Shown here piece after piece: positions 9,919 through 16,812 of a stretch of 29,063 nt of DNA. Under the pieces are notes generated by a model that worked only from the letters and a program-made list of their open reading frames with translations, was not told the DNA's origin and searched no databases. The stretch spans positions 1 through 29,063 of the forward strand of contig JAUPLJ010000001.1 in assembly GCA_030837425.1 (NCBI GenBank). Reading direction: 5' to 3'. The translations under genes were made by a program, and so were the position numbers. Origin of the DNA: Patescibacteria group bacterium (GTDB taxonomy: Bacteria > Patescibacteriota > Minisyncoccia > Phycocordibacterales > UBA5272). The number at the start of each line of letters is the position of its first letter. The stretch's first letter is position 1.

Positions 9919-9939
9919 AGATTTATTAACTAGCACAAT

Positions 9940-10407
9940 ATGAAAGTAATATTTATTCAAAATGTAGCCAAGCACGGCAAGATAGGAGATATAAAAGAAG
10001 TCGCCGACGGATTTGCGATAAACGTCTTAATTCCAAAGAAGCAAGTCGTGATAGCTACTCCACAAGCAATAAAAAATCTCGAGACAGAGAAGAAGACAAA
10101 AATAAATAAATTAGAATTGACTAAGAATCTTTTTTTACAAATGACAAAGTCTTTGGAAGAAAAATTACAAAGCCAAAAAGAAAATAAAGGAATACTAGAG
10201 ATAGTGGGGCACAAGCATGACAAGGGGCATTTGTTTTCAGCTATTTCTGAGCAAGATATAGTAGATGCTATTTTTAGATTATTAAATGTTTCTTTAAATC
10301 CATCTCAAGTGATTTTACCAAAAGAAAAGATTAAAAAGCATGGCGAATATGAAGTAGAATTGAAAGATAAAGAAAATAAAAGAAAGATAAATATTTTAGT
10401 GAAGTAA
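9940..10407 (+). CDS. rplI: 50S ribosomal protein L9
   Basis: MKVIFIQNVAKHGKIGDIKEVADGFA.N.LIP N-domain; GHLFSAIS and IKKHGEY C-domain; 155 aa. Confidence 0.93.
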   Translation: MKVIFIQNVAKHGKIGDIKEVADGFAINVLIPKKQVVIATPQAIKNLETEKKTKINKLELTKNLFLQMTKSLEEKLQSQKENKGILEIVGHKHDKGHLFSAISEQDIVDAIFRLLNVSLNPSQVILPKEKIKKHGEYEVELKDKENKRKINILVK

Positions 10408-10424
10408 AAAATAATTTAAATTAT

Positions 10425-10463
10425 AAAATAAAAACCTCGTAAAATTTACGAGGTTTTTATTTT
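10425..10463. terminator. Bidirectional terminator between rplI and rpmA
   Basis: Perfect 19-bp inverted repeat AAAATAAAAACCTCGTAAA-A-TTTACGAGGTTTTTATTTT. Confidence 0.9.
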
Positions 10464-10478
10464 AATAGTTTAGAGAGC

Positions 10479-10751
10479 CTAGATGACATTGATAACTTTC
10501 TTCATTTTGATTGTGTTATCAAATTTTGTTTGTCTCTTTTGAGTCATTGTCACTTTTCCATCTTTTAAAGCAAAAAGAGTGTGATCTCTTCCAAGTCCAA
10601 CATTTTTTCCAGCTAAAAATTTTGTTCCTCTTTGGCGGAGAATAATATTTCCAGCTATTACAGTCTCTCCAGATCCTTTTTTAAGACCAAGATACTTTGG
10701 TTGACTGTCTCTCAGGTTTTTCGCGGTTCCCGCCGCCTTACGATGTGCCAT
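10479..10751 (-). CDS. rpmA: 50S ribosomal protein L27
   Basis: [46 protein letters not shown]. Confidence 0.98.
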   Translation of the reverse strand: MAHRKAAGTAKNLRDSQPKYLGLKKGSGETVIAGNIILRQRGTKFLAGKNVGLGRDHTLFALKDGKVTMTQKRQTKFDNTIKMKKVINVI

Positions 10752-10780
10752 AGTTTTAGTGTATAATTATTAATGTTTTT

Positions 10781-11122
10781 ATGGGTAAAAGTATAACAGA
10801 AACTCTAAAAAAAATCAATATCGAGCTATCGGGCGGAGTTTTTTATTCTCTCCTTATTTCTATTGTCGTTTTAGATCTTTTTATGGGTTTTAAAATATAC
10901 AATATCTATAAGTCTAAAAATAGTGACCATTTAATCTATCAAAAATCTTCCATATTAAATTCATCGACAGACTCAAATTCTAAAATCTATGCAAGTAGTA
11001 AAGGGAGTAAATATTATTTTCTAAATTGTAAATCAAGCATAAAAGAAGAGAATAAGATTTATTTTAATTCTGAAATAGATGCTGAAAACGCTGGATATTC
11101 TTTAGCAAAGACTTGTAAATAA
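10781..11122 (+). CDS. Membrane-anchored protein with C-terminal Ada metal-binding-like domain
   Basis: TM segment at about aa 17-38; ASSKGSKYY..C..IKEENKIYF.S..DAENAGY..AKTC resembles the Ada_Zn_binding fold but has only 2 Cys. Confidence 0.7.
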   Translation: MGKSITETLKKINIELSGGVFYSLLISIVVLDLFMGFKIYNIYKSKNSDHLIYQKSSILNSSTDSNSKIYASSKGSKYYFLNCKSSIKEENKIYFNSEIDAENAGYSLAKTCK

Positions 11123-11248
11123 TTACTAAATTTTCACTCTTGACTTTTTTATATTAAAATATTAGAATAGCGAATGAAAGTATTATTCATATACTTAAGC
11201 AGTTAGTTTTGTATGAGGACCTCATTTTTATGGGGTCCAATCTTTTTT
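11107..11248 (+). repeat. Mini transcription unit A (tandem repeat copy 1): promoter, 46-nt core, terminator
   Basis: 17-bp block AAAGACTTGTAAATAAT (11107-11123); TTGACT (11140-11145), 17 nt, TAGAAT (11163-11168); hairpin GGACCTCAT-TTTT-ATGGGGTCC (11217-11238) followed by a T-run. Confidence 0.85.
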
Positions 11249-11381
11249 AAAGACTTGTAAATAATCAATAAATCCCAGATTGACTTTTTTATATTAAAAG
11301 ATTAGAATATAAATATCATAATGTCTACGGGCTTTAGGATTTTGGAGGAGGACCCTATTTTTATAGGGTCCAAATTTTTTT
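11249..11381 (+). repeat. Mini transcription unit B (tandem repeat copy 2): promoter, 39-nt core, terminator
   Basis: Same 17-bp block (11249-11265); TTGACT (11280-11285), 17 nt, TAGAAT (11303-11308); hairpin GGACCCTAT-TTTT-ATAGGGTCC (11350-11371) followed by a T-run. Confidence 0.85.
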
Positions 11382-11422
11382 GTAGTATTTACTTTTCAAT
11401 AATATGGTGATATGATTATTAT

Positions 11423-11602
11423 CCCTAATGAGTGGAGTAAAAAGTTGTTCTTTTTTGAGTGATATGCTTACACAGAGAGTGAGCACATCATTAAAGAATT
11501 CGATATCTTCCATGTGTTGAAACATAACAAATATCTCTTTAAAAATTTGTTGAAAAGAATAACTTTACCCAAAAACAACATGTACGTTTTTGGGTTTTTT
11601 TT
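11423..11602 (+). ncRNA. Candidate structured ncRNA, about 180 nt
   Basis: Promoter TTTACT (11388-11393), 17 nt, TATGAT (11411-11416) with TG; 14-bp long-range stem 11441-11454/11553-11566; hairpin 11459-11491; terminator 11567-11602; no convincing ORF. Confidence 0.5.
11567..11602 (+). terminator. Intrinsic terminator
   Basis: ACCCAAAAAC-AACATGTAC-GTTTTTGGGT followed by a T-run. Confidence 0.85.
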
Positions 11603-11642
11603 ATGATATAATTTATACATAAATAATATAATTTTTAAATAT

Positions 11643-11711
11643 ATGGCAAAAGGAAATTTTTCACAAAGAAAAGAAAAGAAAAAACCAAAAAAAGAAAAAG
11701 AAGTAAAATAG
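11643..11711 (+). CDS. 22-aa Lys-rich microprotein MAKGNFSQRKEKKKPKKEKEVK (not in the ORF track)
   Basis: ATG 11643 to TAG 11711; TG-n-TATAAT at 11604-11612 upstream; terminator hairpin 7 nt downstream. Confidence 0.65.
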   Translation: MAKGNFSQRKEKKKPKKEKEVK

Positions 11712-11717
11712 TTTTTT

Positions 11718-11750
11718 AAAACATCTCGAGAGTTCGAGATGTTTTTGTTT
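11718..11750 (+). terminator. Palindromic terminator, family copy 1
   Basis: AAAACATCTCGA-GAGT-TCGAGATGTTTT followed by TGTTT. Confidence 0.85.
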
Positions 11751-11774
11751 GCTATAATAAACAAAAATAATTAT

Positions 11775-12236
11775 ATGTTAAAAATAGGCGATACAGCACC
11801 AAGTTTTAAATTAAAAGATCAAAATGGAATCGAGCACACCTTAGATCAGTATCTAGATCAAAAGAAAAAAGTTTTGATTTATTTTTATCCAAAGGACGAC
11901 ACCCCAGGATGCACCACAGAAGCTTGCAGCTTTCGTGATGGATTGAAAGATTTAGAGAGTCTCGGCCTCGCTGTACTCGGTATCAGTAAAGATAGCGTCG
12001 CAAGTCACAAAAAATTTGCAGAGAAATATAAATTAAATTTTCCAATTCTTTCAGATGAGGGCCTAGAGATGATCAATTCCTACGACGCCTATGGACCAAA
12101 AAAGTTTATGGGTCGCGAGTATGATGGAGTTTCTCGCAAAAGTGTCCTTGTAAACAGAGAAGGGCATATTGAAAAGATTTATGAAGAGGTGAAGCCAGAG
12201 GAGCATGTTGATGAAGTGAAGGAGGACGTGAAGTAA
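11775..12236 (+). CDS. bcp: Thioredoxin-dependent thiol peroxidase (Bcp/PrxQ); start moved to ATG 11775
   Basis: LKIGDTAPSFKLKDQ, YFYPKDDTPGCTTEACSFRD, GISKDSVASHKKFAEKY. The ORF-track start at 11739 lies inside the terminator. Confidence 0.95.
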   Translation: MLKIGDTAPSFKLKDQNGIEHTLDQYLDQKKKVLIYFYPKDDTPGCTTEACSFRDGLKDLESLGLAVLGISKDSVASHKKFAEKYKLNFPILSDEGLEMINSYDAYGPKKFMGREYDGVSRKSVLVNREGHIEKIYEEVKPEEHVDEVKEDVK

Positions 12237-12240
12237 AATT

Positions 12241-12801
12241 ATGCTAAGCATAGTTAAAGTCGGAGGTCGCGATTTAGAATACACCCTTAGAGTTAGCGAT
12301 AAAGCAAAGAGAGGCAGGATTACCATTAATCATGAAGGGAAAGTGATACTGACAAAGCCTAAAAGAGTCAGTCTAGAATCAGTTGAGAAATTTTTAATCT
12401 CAAAAGCTGATTGGGTTTTTAAAAGTCTCGAAAAATTTAAAAATCTACCAAACCGTCTCGATACCAAAAATACTAAGCGAGAATATTTGGAAAATAAAGA
12501 AAGTGCACTGGCTTTAGCTAAATCGCGGATACAGTATTTCAACAATATATACAATTTTAAATTTAATAAAATCATAATAAAAAATCAAAAGACAAGATGG
12601 GGAAGTTGCTCCAAGCGTGGCAATCTAAATTTTAATTATAAGATAGCATTATTGCCACAAAACATTTCTGATTATATTATCGTCCACGAGCTGTGTCATT
12701 TAAAAGAATTTAATCATTCACAAAGATTTTGGGATTTGGTAGCCATCGCAATACCGGATTATTTAGTCATAAGGAAAGAATTGAAAGGAGAATTGGTATA
12801 A
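12241..12801 (+). CDS. YgjP/DUF45-family M48 (SprT-like) zinc metallohydrolase
   Basis: KNQKTRWGSCS..GNLNFN..DYIIVHELCHLKEFNHSQRFW. Confidence 0.9.
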   Translation: MLSIVKVGGRDLEYTLRVSDKAKRGRITINHEGKVILTKPKRVSLESVEKFLISKADWVFKSLEKFKNLPNRLDTKNTKREYLENKESALALAKSRIQYFNNIYNFKFNKIIIKNQKTRWGSCSKRGNLNFNYKIALLPQNISDYIIVHELCHLKEFNHSQRFWDLVAIAIPDYLVIRKELKGELV

Positions 12802-12816
12802 ATTGAGAGAAATTGG

Positions 12817-12836
12817 GGTGTTTTTGTTTTAGAAAT
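12817..12836 (+). repeat. 20-bp direct repeat, identical to 13677-13696
   Basis: GGTGTTTTTGTTTTAGAAAT at both positions. Confidence 0.85.
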
Positions 12837-12866
12837 ATAGTGATAATTTAATGATAAAATATAATT

Positions 12867-13466
12867 ATGATTATAGAAGTTGATGAATATAAAAATAAAA
12901 TTAAAAATTATGATCCAAAAAGATCTGAAGATTTTCATGTAGAAAGTGCTAAGCTTGCGGACATTGATTTTAAAAAGCAACTCAAAACTCAAAAACATAA
13001 AAGAATAGTCTTTATGGCTGGAGGAACTGCAAGTGGAAAAACTGAATTCGCTCACACATACCTAACTAAAAATAATATATTAGTATATGATGGTACTTTA
13101 AAAAATTACGATGGTTTTAAAACTAAACTAGATAAAATAAAAAGATATTCAAAAAATAAACCAACGGTTAAAGTTATATTAATAATTCCAAAGAGTATAT
13201 ATTTATCTTTAGGTGCTTTTTTGAAAAGAGAAAGAAAAATGAAAATAAACACATTTTTTGAAACACAAATAAAAAGTAAATTGGTTGTAGCACAAATACT
13301 AACAGATACAAAATTTAGGGTTGATATTTATGTTAGTTCTATAGGAGAAGGAAAATTAAAATTTTCTAAACTTGCTAATGATGCGAAAAGAAAATATAGA
13401 GCTAATTTTCTACTTAGACTTGCTGATATTATCCACAGTATAGCCGTTAAGAATAACATTGAATAG
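12867..13466 (+). CDS. P-loop protein, zeta-toxin/AAA_33-like kinase
   Basis: Walker A in IVFMAGGTASGKT and a Walker-B-like ILVYDGTL; 199 aa; AT-rich. Confidence 0.7.
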   Translation: MIIEVDEYKNKIKNYDPKRSEDFHVESAKLADIDFKKQLKTQKHKRIVFMAGGTASGKTEFAHTYLTKNNILVYDGTLKNYDGFKTKLDKIKRYSKNKPTVKVILIIPKSIYLSLGAFLKRERKMKINTFFETQIKSKLVVAQILTDTKFRVDIYVSSIGEGKLKFSKLANDAKRKYRANFLLRLADIIHSIAVKNNIE

Positions 13467-13513
13467 TTATTCTTTTTGTGGTAAATTTAATATATATAAA
13501 TAATAAATAACTT

Positions 13514-13651
13514 ATGACAGAAAATGTATTAGGAATGAATTTGAGAATAAGTAGAATATTTAAAGCTCCCAAAAGTGAGATTGTTTCAGCATATATACGT
13601 GCTGCAAAAGAAGGAAAAAATGAAGCAGAAAAAATTTTAAAAAATAAATAA
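13514..13651 (+). CDS. 45-aa hypothetical protein MTENVLGMNLRISRIFKAPKSEIVSAYIRAAKEGKNEAEKILKNK (not in the ORF track)
   Basis: ATG 13514 to TAA 13651, filling the gap between the P-loop gene and a terminator 5 nt downstream. Confidence 0.7.
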   Translation: MTENVLGMNLRISRIFKAPKSEIVSAYIRAAKEGKNEAEKILKNK

Positions 13652-13655
13652 ATTT

Positions 13656-13696
13656 AAAAACACCTCGATTTCTCGAGGTGTTTTTGTTTTAGAAAT
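13656..13696 (+). terminator. Palindromic terminator, family copy 2
   Basis: AAAAACACCTCGA-TTTC-TCGAGGTGTTTTT followed by GTTTTAGAAAT. Confidence 0.85.
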
Positions 13697-13722
13697 TGAG
13701 TGGTATAATAATTAAATTATAT

Positions 13723-16700
13723 ATGGCTTCATTATTTAAAAATAAATTAATAAAAGAAGAATTAAATAATTTTACTATTTCAGATATAAAAAATAAGATT
13801 TATATCTTAAAAAAGTGGGATGAGGCTAGAAAAAGCGGAGAGATTTATAATATTTCAGAGTCAGGGGCAGAACAATCTTTTAATCAAGATATTTTTTGTG
13901 AGGTGCTTGATTATAAAAAATTTCCAAATTCTGATTATACTGTATCTGTAAAAGAAAATACTGAAATCAAAGGAGGGCAAACAGCCGACGCGGCTCTCGG
14001 GTTTCATTTTAATAATGAAAAAGAAATTTCTGTGCAAGTGGTTGTAGAAATAAAAGATGCAAATAAAAATCTTGATAAGCCTCAACAAAGAGCAAATAGT
14101 GAGACTCCAGTACAACAAGGCTTTCGATATAAGTCAGGATTTAGAAATGTAAAATTTGTAATAGTTACAAACTTTTTAGAAATCAGACTTTATCGTGATC
14201 ATCAACTTGATTATGAAAAGTTTGAACTTTCAGATCTTGTAGATTCAAAAGATAATTATTTTAATTTTAGAAAGTTTTATTTTTTGATGTCTGAAGAAAA
14301 TTTAATATCAAAAGTTGGTGAATCAAAAACAGAAAAACTTTTATCAAAAATCAAAATAAATCAAGAAGAAATTACAAAAAAGTTTTATAAAGAATATAAA
14401 GATTTACGATTAATATTGATAAACGACATTAAAGATAATAATGAAAATCTTTCTTTTGATTTTATTATAAAAAAAGCACAAAAATTAATAGACAGATTAG
14501 TTTTTATTTGTTTTTTTGAAGACAGTGGTTTATTGCCAGAAAATAAGTTAAGTGAAGTTATAGAATATGCAGGTAAGCAAGTAGGTCTTTCTAGTTGGAG
14601 TATATTGAAAGATTTTTTTATGGCAGTAGATAAGGGTAGTGAAAGATTGGAAATACCTAATGGTTATAATGGGGAATTATTTAAACAAGATATAGAGCTG
14701 GATAGTTTAAATATCAGTGATAATATTTGTGAAAAATTTGTAAAATTATCACGTTTCAATTTTAATGAAGATCTTTCTGTTAATATTTTAGGTCATATTT
14801 TTGAGCAGTCCATATCTGATCTCGAAAAATTAAAAGCATATAGTGAAAGTGGTGGTGAAATTAAAAAGGACAATATAGAAGAGAAAGTAAATAAAAAAGA
14901 TAGCAAAAGAAAAAAAGACGGCATTTTTTATACTCCAGAATATATTGTGGATTATATTGTGAAAAATAGCTTAGGAAAATATTTAGAAGAAAAAGAAGAA
15001 AGAATATTAGAAAAACATAATATAGAAAGTCAGAAAATAAAACTAGATAAAACCTATAATAAAAAATTACTTGAATGTTACAAAGAATATAAGGAAGTAT
15101 TACAAAATATAAAGGTTGTAGATCCTGCTTGTGGATCAGGAGCATTTCTCGTACGAGTCTATGATTATTTATTGGAAGAAAATCTTAGAGTCAGAAAAAT
15201 CATAAATGATGCAGAAAAACAAATTGATAAAAAGATCGGTGGCTCTCTTTTAGATAATAATGAAATCATAAAAACAGAAATAAAATCTGTTTTGAAAAAT
15301 AATATTTATGGAGTAGATCTCAATGAAGAGTCAGTAGAAATTACCAAGCTTTCTCTTTGGTTAAAGTCTGCCAAGAAAGGCGAGAAGCTCACAACTCTTA
15401 AAGACAATATTAAGTGTGGCAACTCTTTGATAGATGATCCGTTAGTGGCTGGTGACAAAGCTTTTAATTGGCAGTCATCCTTCCCTGAAGTTTTTGTGCA
15501 AGGCGGTTTTGATGTGGTGGTTGGCAATCCACCATATGTCAGGCCTCATAATTTAAACACCAAGGATAAAGAATATTTTTGGGGCAATTATAAGTCATTT
15601 AAAGCAAAGAGTGATCTTTATGCAATTTTTATGGAAAAAGGTATTGAAATCTTATCTAAGAATGGTTTTTTATCTTTTATAACACCACATACTTGGATGT
15701 ATTTAGAAAGTTTCGATGTTATAAGAAATATGTTATATGAAAATGGATTAAATAAGATTATTAAAGCTGATAAAAAAGTTTTTCAAGATGCGCAAGTAGA
15801 TTCTGCTATTTTTATTTTAAATAAAAGTGATGAAAATAAAAATATAGAAATATCTTTGATTGATAAAGATGGGGTAGAATGTTTTGAAAAAAGTATTTTT
15901 ATAAAAGATATTCTACCAAATAAGGTATTAAGTATAAATAATATAGCTGGGGGATTAGTTGAAAAGATAGAAAGTAATTCTGTTCATCTTAGTGAGATAG
16001 TAAAATTTAATTATGGATTAAAGACAGCCGATGATGAAAAGTTTTTGACTTTCAAACCAACAAATGATTTAAGGTATAAAAAGTTATTAAGAAGGGGTGA
16101 TTTTGATAGATATGTGACAGAATATAAAAATGAATATGTGTTGTATGATCCAGAGTTAATGAGAAAAAATAAAAATACAGCAAGACCTGGAGATAAAGAA
16201 AGATTTGAAAATATAAAAATGATAGTTATGGATATTGCCACAAAGTTGAAAGCCACAATAGATGAAGAGGGGTATTATGTAAAGGACGCATTGTTACTCT
16301 CTACTAAGGATAAAGATACTATGTATTTTTATTTATCTATATTAAATAGTAAATTATTAAATTTTTATTATTCAAACAAATATAAAGTTATAAGTGTTGC
16401 AAAAAATGCTATTTTAGATTTACCATTTCCAACAAACATTGATCAAAAGTCCCAACAACCTTTTGTTGAAAAAGCTGACGAAATACTAAAATTAAATAAA
16501 GAATATCACGAAGAATTAAAAAGTATCTTAGACTTTTTGAAAAGCGAATTTAGGTTAGAAAAAATAAATAATAAACTTGAAAAGTTTTATAATATCTCTT
16601 TTGAAGATTTTTATAAATCAGTAAAGACAAAAAATATTGAGTGGGGGATAGATAAAAAAGAAGAATGGTATAAATGGTTTTCTCAAAAACAAAAAAGTAT

Positions 16701-16809
16701 TTTAGATAAGAAAAATAAAATTGATGAGACGGATAGGGAGATAGATAGCATGGTTTATGTACTTTATGGATTAACAGAAGAAGAAATTAAGATCGTTGAA
16801 AATAAATAA
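13723..16809 (+). CDS. Type IIG (Eco57I-like) restriction-modification fusion: endonuclease, amino-MTase and target-recognition region; start moved to ATG 13723
   Basis: N-terminal ADAAL..VVVEIK nuclease motif, GIFYTPEYIVDYIV, motif I DPACGSGAFL, YGVDLN, motif IV VVVGNPPYV, FITP and a C-terminal TRD-like region. Confidence 0.9.
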   Translation: MASLFKNKLIKEELNNFTISDIKNKIYILKKWDEARKSGEIYNISESGAEQSFNQDIFCEVLDYKKFPNSDYTVSVKENTEIKGGQTADAALGFHFNNEKEISVQVVVEIKDANKNLDKPQQRANSETPVQQGFRYKSGFRNVKFVIVTNFLEIRLYRDHQLDYEKFELSDLVDSKDNYFNFRKFYFLMSEENLISKVGESKTEKLLSKIKINQEEITKKFYKEYKDLRLILINDIKDNNENLSFDFIIKKAQKLIDRLVFICFFEDSGLLPENKLSEVIEYAGKQVGLSSWSILKDFFMAVDKGSERLEIPNGYNGELFKQDIELDSLNISDNICEKFVKLSRFNFNEDLSVNILGHIFEQSISDLEKLKAYSESGGEIKKDNIEEKVNKKDSKRKKDGIFYTPEYIVDYIVKNSLGKYLEEKEERILEKHNIESQKIKLDKTYNKKLLECYKEYKEVLQNIKVVDPACGSGAFLVRVYDYLLEENLRVRKIINDAEKQIDKKIGGSLLDNNEIIKTEIKSVLKNNIYGVDLNEESVEITKLSLWLKSAKKGEKLTTLKDNIKCGNSLIDDPLVAGDKAFNWQSSFPEVFVQGGFDVVVGNPPYVRPHNLNTKDKEYFWGNYKSFKAKSDLYAIFMEKGIEILSKNGFLSFITPHTWMYLESFDVIRNMLYENGLNKIIKADKKVFQDAQVDSAIFILNKSDENKNIEISLIDKDGVECFEKSIFIKDILPNKVLSINNIAGGLVEKIESNSVHLSEIVKFNYGLKTADDEKFLTFKPTNDLRYKKLLRRGDFDRYVTEYKNEYVLYDPELMRKNKNTARPGDKERFENIKMIVMDIATKLKATIDEEGYYVKDALLLSTKDKDTMYFYLSILNSKLLNFYYSNKYKVISVAKNAILDLPFPTNIDQKSQQPFVEKADEILKLNKEYHEELKSILDFLKSEFRLEKINNKLEKFYNISFEDFYKSVKTKNIEWGIDKKEEWYKWFSQKQKSILDKKNKIDETDREIDSMVYVLYGLTEEEIKIVENK

Positions 16810-16812
16810 AAT

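Noticed and set aside
11174-11195. Similarity of the unit A core (ATGAAAGTATTATTC) to the rplI start (ATGAAAGTAATATTTATTC)
   Set aside because: Short, gapped, same-sense and AT-rich; compatible with chance and not an antisense pairing.
11107-11381. CRISPR or TIGR array
   Set aside because: Only two units with ~100-bp constant parts that are a promoter and terminator; no cas or Nop-domain gene in the window; no 36-nt periodicity.
11412-11606. 64-codon ORF with one in-frame TGA (11460-11462), suggesting code 25 readthrough
   Set aside because: All long genes translate intact in code 11 with no in-frame TGA. The ATG overlaps the predicted -10 and the frame runs through a terminator.
11468-11764. 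98-aa minus-strand ORF from the track
   Set aside because: Phe-rich mirror of the Lys-rich peptide; it crosses two plus-strand terminators.
13429-13437. Perfect DnaA box TTATCCACA (near-matches at about 6956 and 17719)
   Set aside because: Isolated copies, two of them inside CDSs; no cluster, DUE or dnaA, so not an origin.
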